The notes below the pieces were generated by a model that was given only the letters and a program-made list of their open reading frames with translations, ran no database searches and was not told the DNA's origin. A DNA stretch of 20,000 bases from an uncultured virus (IMG/VR IMGVR_UViG_2061766007_002388) (taxonomy: Duplodnaviria > Heunggongvirae > Uroviricota > Caudoviricetes). The translations under genes were made by a program, and so were the position numbers. The stretch is taken from the IMG/VR virus record IMGVR_UViG_2061766007_002388; one strand, given 5' to 3'. Shown here piece after piece: positions 16,403 through 20,000 of this stretch. Each line of letters begins with the position of its first letter. Position 1 is the first letter of the stretch.

Positions 16403-19144
16403 TTAAAATGAAGCCACTGTAGATAATGCATTCCAACTACTATTTTTCAATGAAATTTCATCTTCTTTTTTGGTTGTAACTTCAAATGTTCCACCATTGA
16501 TTGTCTTTTCATTTGTTGTTTTAGAATTTTGTTTGATTTGTTCTGCTTGTTTTTCTAATTTTTTATCCATTTTTCGAATCATTGCATTTTCAGAATGAAC
16601 GTCATGCAAATGTTTGACTGCGCTAGGCAACCACACCCAATGATACCATTTCGACTCTTGCCTTTTATCTAAATTATTTTTTAAATCTACGTTTATGCTA
16701 TTTTCTTTAAAAATATTATTAAATGTCCCGATATATTTTTTTTGATTAAACTCTCCGAGTCCATTTTCCTCCACTACTTTTTTATGTATAGAATAAATGG
16801 CGTTTAAATATCGCGGATCTATTTCATCCTCATGGGTGTGGAGATTTTCTATTTCATTGTCTATACGTTTTAGAATAACTCCCATATCTTCATCAGCCAA
16901 ATATTCATTTTGTGATATACCACCAGAAATTAATGCAAATAAAGTGGGTGTGAATTTTGTGAATATAGATTCAAAGTTATCATATTCAACTTGTTTTTCT
17001 TTTATTTCATTTTCTCTTTTTTGTATTTTTAAATCTATTTCTTTTTTCCTAACATCAATTTCTTCTAAATTATCCATAAAATGTTTTTTTCTATACTCAT
17101 ATACACCGCTCATATATTCTCTATAAACTTTACGGAAAATTTCATCATTTTTATAATCTAATGATTTATAATCTTTTCCAAATAAGTTTATTTTGCGCTT
17201 TTCTCCAAAATCATCGTCAAATATACCTATTCGTGAAAGTAAAAAATTAAATTTGGTTTCACGTTGAAAATCACTCATTGTCTGAAGATCACCATCATGC
17301 AATATGTGTTGAAATATATTTTCTTCATCCCAGTATTGTCTACTATTATTAATAGCAGTCTGTTCCTCTGATAATCTGCTGCGTTCTTTATCGAGTTTCA
17401 ACCACTCTTCATCTTCTTCTTTTTTTTGTGGCTCAATTGCTCTTTTTGATTTATTTTTATACGCTTCTTTTGCTGCCAATCGTGAACTTATTTCATCCAA
17501 TCGTTCATAATAAGGTTTTTTTGCTTCATCACTCATCGATTTATTATTATCAAGATTTTTTTTCCATTTTTCTAATGATGAAAAAGAATCCAATATAATA
17601 ACTTCACCATTGGGTGTTTTATATCCCCATAATTGTTCATTAACTTTTATTGCACGATCCCGCGTTAGTGTATTATAAAATTTAATCATAGTGCCAATAG
17701 GTTTTCGAAGATATTCACCCCCAATGAGAGAAGGAATACCCTGCACTAAACCTTGTAACATATATTGCCCAGCGCTCGGAATTTCTTCATAACCAAATTC
17801 TCCATTGGGACCAATTGGGATATACGCAGTTTCTTCCGCGTCTTCCCAACGTTTTGAATTTGCAAGCGAATCAAGTAATGCAATCCCCGTCGGCCCATTT
17901 GGATTATCATAACCCAATAACGCAGAATCAACCCATGTAGTAAATAAATTTTCAGCAGCATTCCACGCCCACTCTTTTAATTTTGATAGTCCTTCTATAA
18001 CCCAACCTCGAGTTTTTTCAAAACATAATAAAATAGCAGTAACTGCTGCAGCAGCAACTAATAATAATTTGCCTTTTAAAAATGTTGTGAATAAACTAAA
18101 ACCCTCTTCCCCAGCTCCCATAATTTTAGATAATATAGATGTTTCTTTCATATATGCTTTATTGATTTTCTTATTGTTTTTCATCATTTTATCAAAATAT
18201 TCAACCTGTGCCGACATCCATGCAATACGCGCACGAACAAGATTAGCAATAGCTATACTTTTATTATTTTCTATATCGCCGGGTGTTTTAAGAGAATTTA
18301 TTAAAAGATATTCCTGATATGTTAAAAGATTCTTTTCTTTAAACCAACTATCATCTTTTATATTTGGTGGATTTTTTGTTTTATCTTCATTTTTATTTTT
18401 TTCTTCCGTTTCTTCTTTTTCTCTGCTGCCGCCAAATAAAGACATTAATTTTACTTTTGCGGTATCAATTATAGTCGTCGATTCTTCTTCATTGTTTGAT
18501 TCTTTTCCTTTTAAAAGTGGTAAATTTTTAAGCCAAGATGTTAGATCAACTTCATCATTATTTTTCTTTTCTATTTTTTCTTCAACATTTTTTACATCTT
18601 CTAAAGTCTTATCTAACTGTTCGTTTTCTTTTTGTTCTTCAATAATTTCTTCAGCTTGTGGTTTTTCTTCAACAATCTTTTCTTCTTCGGGTTCTTTTTC
18701 TTCAGTTTTCTCTTCATTCTCTTCTTCAACAATCTTTTCTTCTTCGGGTTCTTTTTCTTCAGTTTTTTCCTCTTTAACAACAACCTTCTCTGAATTTTCT
18801 ACTTTTCCATTTGATAATTCTTCTTCTATAATTTCTTCATTTTTTTTATCAGATTCATTTATATCTTTAGCTAAATCATATATTAATTTGATTTTATCAT
18901 CATATGTTTTTCTTAATGTCTCATTTATTTCAGACTGTGATGTTGATTCATTGATGGCATTTAATAAATCGCCATATATTGATTCAATGATATCTTTTCC
19001 CAACAAATCAATAACATCTTTAGTTTTGTTGGTCATATTACTAGAAACTTCTTCTGTGATTTGTTTAAAAACATTATCTGAGTAATCTTTTATTTTGATT
19101 TGAAGTTCAGTTAATGCTTCATTACTTATATTATTACCATCCAT
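16403..19144 (-). CDS. Large helical/coiled-coil protein with a central hydrophobic segment; possible tape-measure / gp29-like or ejected virion protein
   Basis: About 913 aa with a Glu-rich N-terminal half and the TM-like segment LLLVAAAAVTAILLCF. It is adjacent to the sheath gene. The GGAG RBS favours ATG 19144. The function is inferred. Confidence 0.55.
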   Translation of the reverse strand: MDGNNISNEALTELQIKIKDYSDNVFKQITEEVSSNMTNKTKDVIDLLGKDIIESIYGDLLNAINESTSQSEINETLRKTYDDKIKLIYDLAKDINESDKKNEEIIEEELSNGKVENSEKVVVKEEKTEEKEPEEEKIVEEENEEKTEEKEPEEEKIVEEKPQAEEIIEEQKENEQLDKTLEDVKNVEEKIEKKNNDEVDLTSWLKNLPLLKGKESNNEEESTTIIDTAKVKLMSLFGGSREKEETEEKNKNEDKTKNPPNIKDDSWFKEKNLLTYQEYLLINSLKTPGDIENNKSIAIANLVRARIAWMSAQVEYFDKMMKNNKKINKAYMKETSILSKIMGAGEEGFSLFTTFLKGKLLLVAAAAVTAILLCFEKTRGWVIEGLSKLKEWAWNAAENLFTTWVDSALLGYDNPNGPTGIALLDSLANSKRWEDAEETAYIPIGPNGEFGYEEIPSAGQYMLQGLVQGIPSLIGGEYLRKPIGTMIKFYNTLTRDRAIKVNEQLWGYKTPNGEVIILDSFSSLEKWKKNLDNNKSMSDEAKKPYYERLDEISSRLAAKEAYKNKSKRAIEPQKKEEDEEWLKLDKERSRLSEEQTAINNSRQYWDEENIFQHILHDGDLQTMSDFQRETKFNFLLSRIGIFDDDFGEKRKINLFGKDYKSLDYKNDEIFRKVYREYMSGVYEYRKKHFMDNLEEIDVRKKEIDLKIQKRENEIKEKQVEYDNFESIFTKFTPTLFALISGGISQNEYLADEDMGVILKRIDNEIENLHTHEDEIDPRYLNAIYSIHKKVVEENGLGEFNQKKYIGTFNNIFKENSINVDLKNNLDKRQESKWYHWVWLPSAVKHLHDVHSENAMIRKMDKKLEKQAEQIKQNSKTTNEKTINGGTFEVTTKKEDEISLKNSSWNALSTVASF
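18665..18766. repeat. 45-bp exact direct repeat with 57-bp period, in frame (KTEEKEPEEEKIVEE)
   Basis: TTCTTCAACAATCTTTTCTTCTTCGGGTTCTTTTTCTTCAGTTTT occurs at 18665 and 18722. Confidence 0.9.
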
Positions 19145-19156
19145 CACAAGTTTCTC

Positions 19157-20000
19157 CTAAACAGTCATATGATCAATATTTTTTAAATTCCTCGAATCTA
19201 ATTTTTCTATTGCTGAACCCATTGCAGCATTTATTTCTTTAAATGTATTAAAAATACCATTCGAATTAAACGCCACATTTTTAACAATATATGTAGTGTT
19301 TTCTTCTTCATGTGTGTATCCTTCTTGTAAATCTTGCATATATTGTTTTCTATCTTCACTCGCTTGTTTTAAATTAGTATTATATAATTTATTTCCAATT
19401 TTTACTGATGTATTTTTTTCTACTGGTTTAATATTTTCTAAAGTTTTTAACTTCTTTTCGGCATCATCCCCCTCATTCTTTATTTTCCGCAAAGCATCTG
19501 TTGCATGTTCACGAAGAGTGGATTGTCGTTTATTATCATAATAATTTACACCATACACCATATCCCCAATAATCTTCACGACACCCGATCTACTCTGTTC
19601 TTCTAAGTCATCAGCTTTTTCTAATTCTTCGATTCTTTTTGCCTCAACCGGATCAATTCTACGTAAAGTACTCATCCAATCTCTATTCTCATTTTCCCAT
19701 GAAAGACCGCGCGAATACCGTGGTATATCATCTAAACTTTTCCCAGCATCTTTTGATTTTTGTATTTTTTCATTTAAATTCTTTTTTTCCTTTTCAATTA
19801 TTTTAGCATATGTTACTTCTCTATCATCGCCTTGTACAACAGTTTTTTCTTCAACAAAATTTAATTCATTTGTATTTTCTTTATTTTTTTCCGTGTTTTG
19901 AGTTGGCGCAGTTAATGTTTCTTTTGCTTCTGGCGCAGTTAATGTTTCTTTTGCTTCTGGCACAGGCACCGACTCGTCAGTTTTTGGCGCTGGTGGCGCT
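19157..20000 (-). CDS. C-terminal part of a large helical protein with a Pro/Ala/Thr linker; the 5' end is outside the window
   Basis: The frame stays open from 19969 to the window edge (APPAPKTDESVPVPEAKETLT...). Its stop abuts the RBS of the next gene. Confidence 0.7.
   Translation of the reverse strand, partial: APPAPKTDESVPVPEAKETLTAPEAKETLTAPTQNTEKNKENTNELNFVEEKTVVQGDDREVTYAKIIEKEKKNLNEKIQKSKDAGKSLDDIPRYSRGLSWENENRDWMSTLRRIDPVEAKRIEELEKADDLEEQSRSGVVKIIGDMVYGVNYYDNKRQSTLREHATDALRKIKNEGDDAEKKLKTLENIKPVEKNTSVKIGNKLYNTNLKQASEDRKQYMQDLQEGYTHEEENTTYIVKNVAFNSNGIFNTFKEINAAMGSAIEKLDSRNLKNIDHMTV
19904..19961. repeat. 27-bp exact tandem repeat x2, encoding EAKETLTAP
   Basis: TGGCGCAGTTAATGTTTCTTTTGCTTC occurs at 19904 and 19931. 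Confidence 0.9.

Noticed and set aside
18492..19085. Long antisense ORFs (also 4073..4519, 11077..11697, 15580..15969 and 16797..17126)
   Set aside because: These are Ser/Phe-rich shadow frames opposite Glu/Lys-rich real genes, with no independent support.
1..20000. A complete DGR (template repeat, reverse transcriptase, Avd) within the window
   Set aside because: I found no second copy of 2700-2835 by eye, and no ORF has RT motifs such as YxDD in a polymerase context. Only a candidate target is reported.
1..20000. Stop-codon reassignment (TAG or TGA), as seen in some large phages
   Set aside because: Genes are full length and densely packed under the standard code. TAG and TGA terminate genes right next to downstream RBSs or starts (for example 653, 1179, 4986 and 19157).
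1..20000. CRISPR array, tRNA or rRNA genes
   Set aside because: I saw no repeat-spacer periodicity or cloverleaf/T-loop signatures. Intergenic spaces are short and all exact repeats are in-frame coding duplications.

Overview
The window looks like part of a large, AT-rich, T4-like (myovirus, probably jumbo) phage genome using the standard genetic code. The right-hand ~16.5 kb is low GC, about 20-33% by eye. It encodes a T4 gp14-like neck protein, a gp25-like baseplate protein, an unusually long gp18-like tail sheath and two large coiled-coil proteins. It also encodes candidate lysis genes (two separated spanins and a membrane-anchored GH73 glycosidase), an RNA ligase, a GNAT, a ferritin-like protein, two paralogous leucine-rich-repeat-like proteins and a Hef-like homing endonuclease. 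T4-type late promoters (YATAAATA) precede several genes. The left-hand ~3.4 kb is clearly higher GC, about 45-55% by eye, and contains three of the four N gaps. It holds a tail-fibre/adhesin cassette whose last gene ends in a DUF1566/C-type-lectin-like domain resembling a diversity-generating retroelement (DGR) target. I found no template repeat or reverse transcriptase in the window. A WDGH-family gene follows, flanked by two similar promoter repeats. All family calls come from motif recognition, not database searches.
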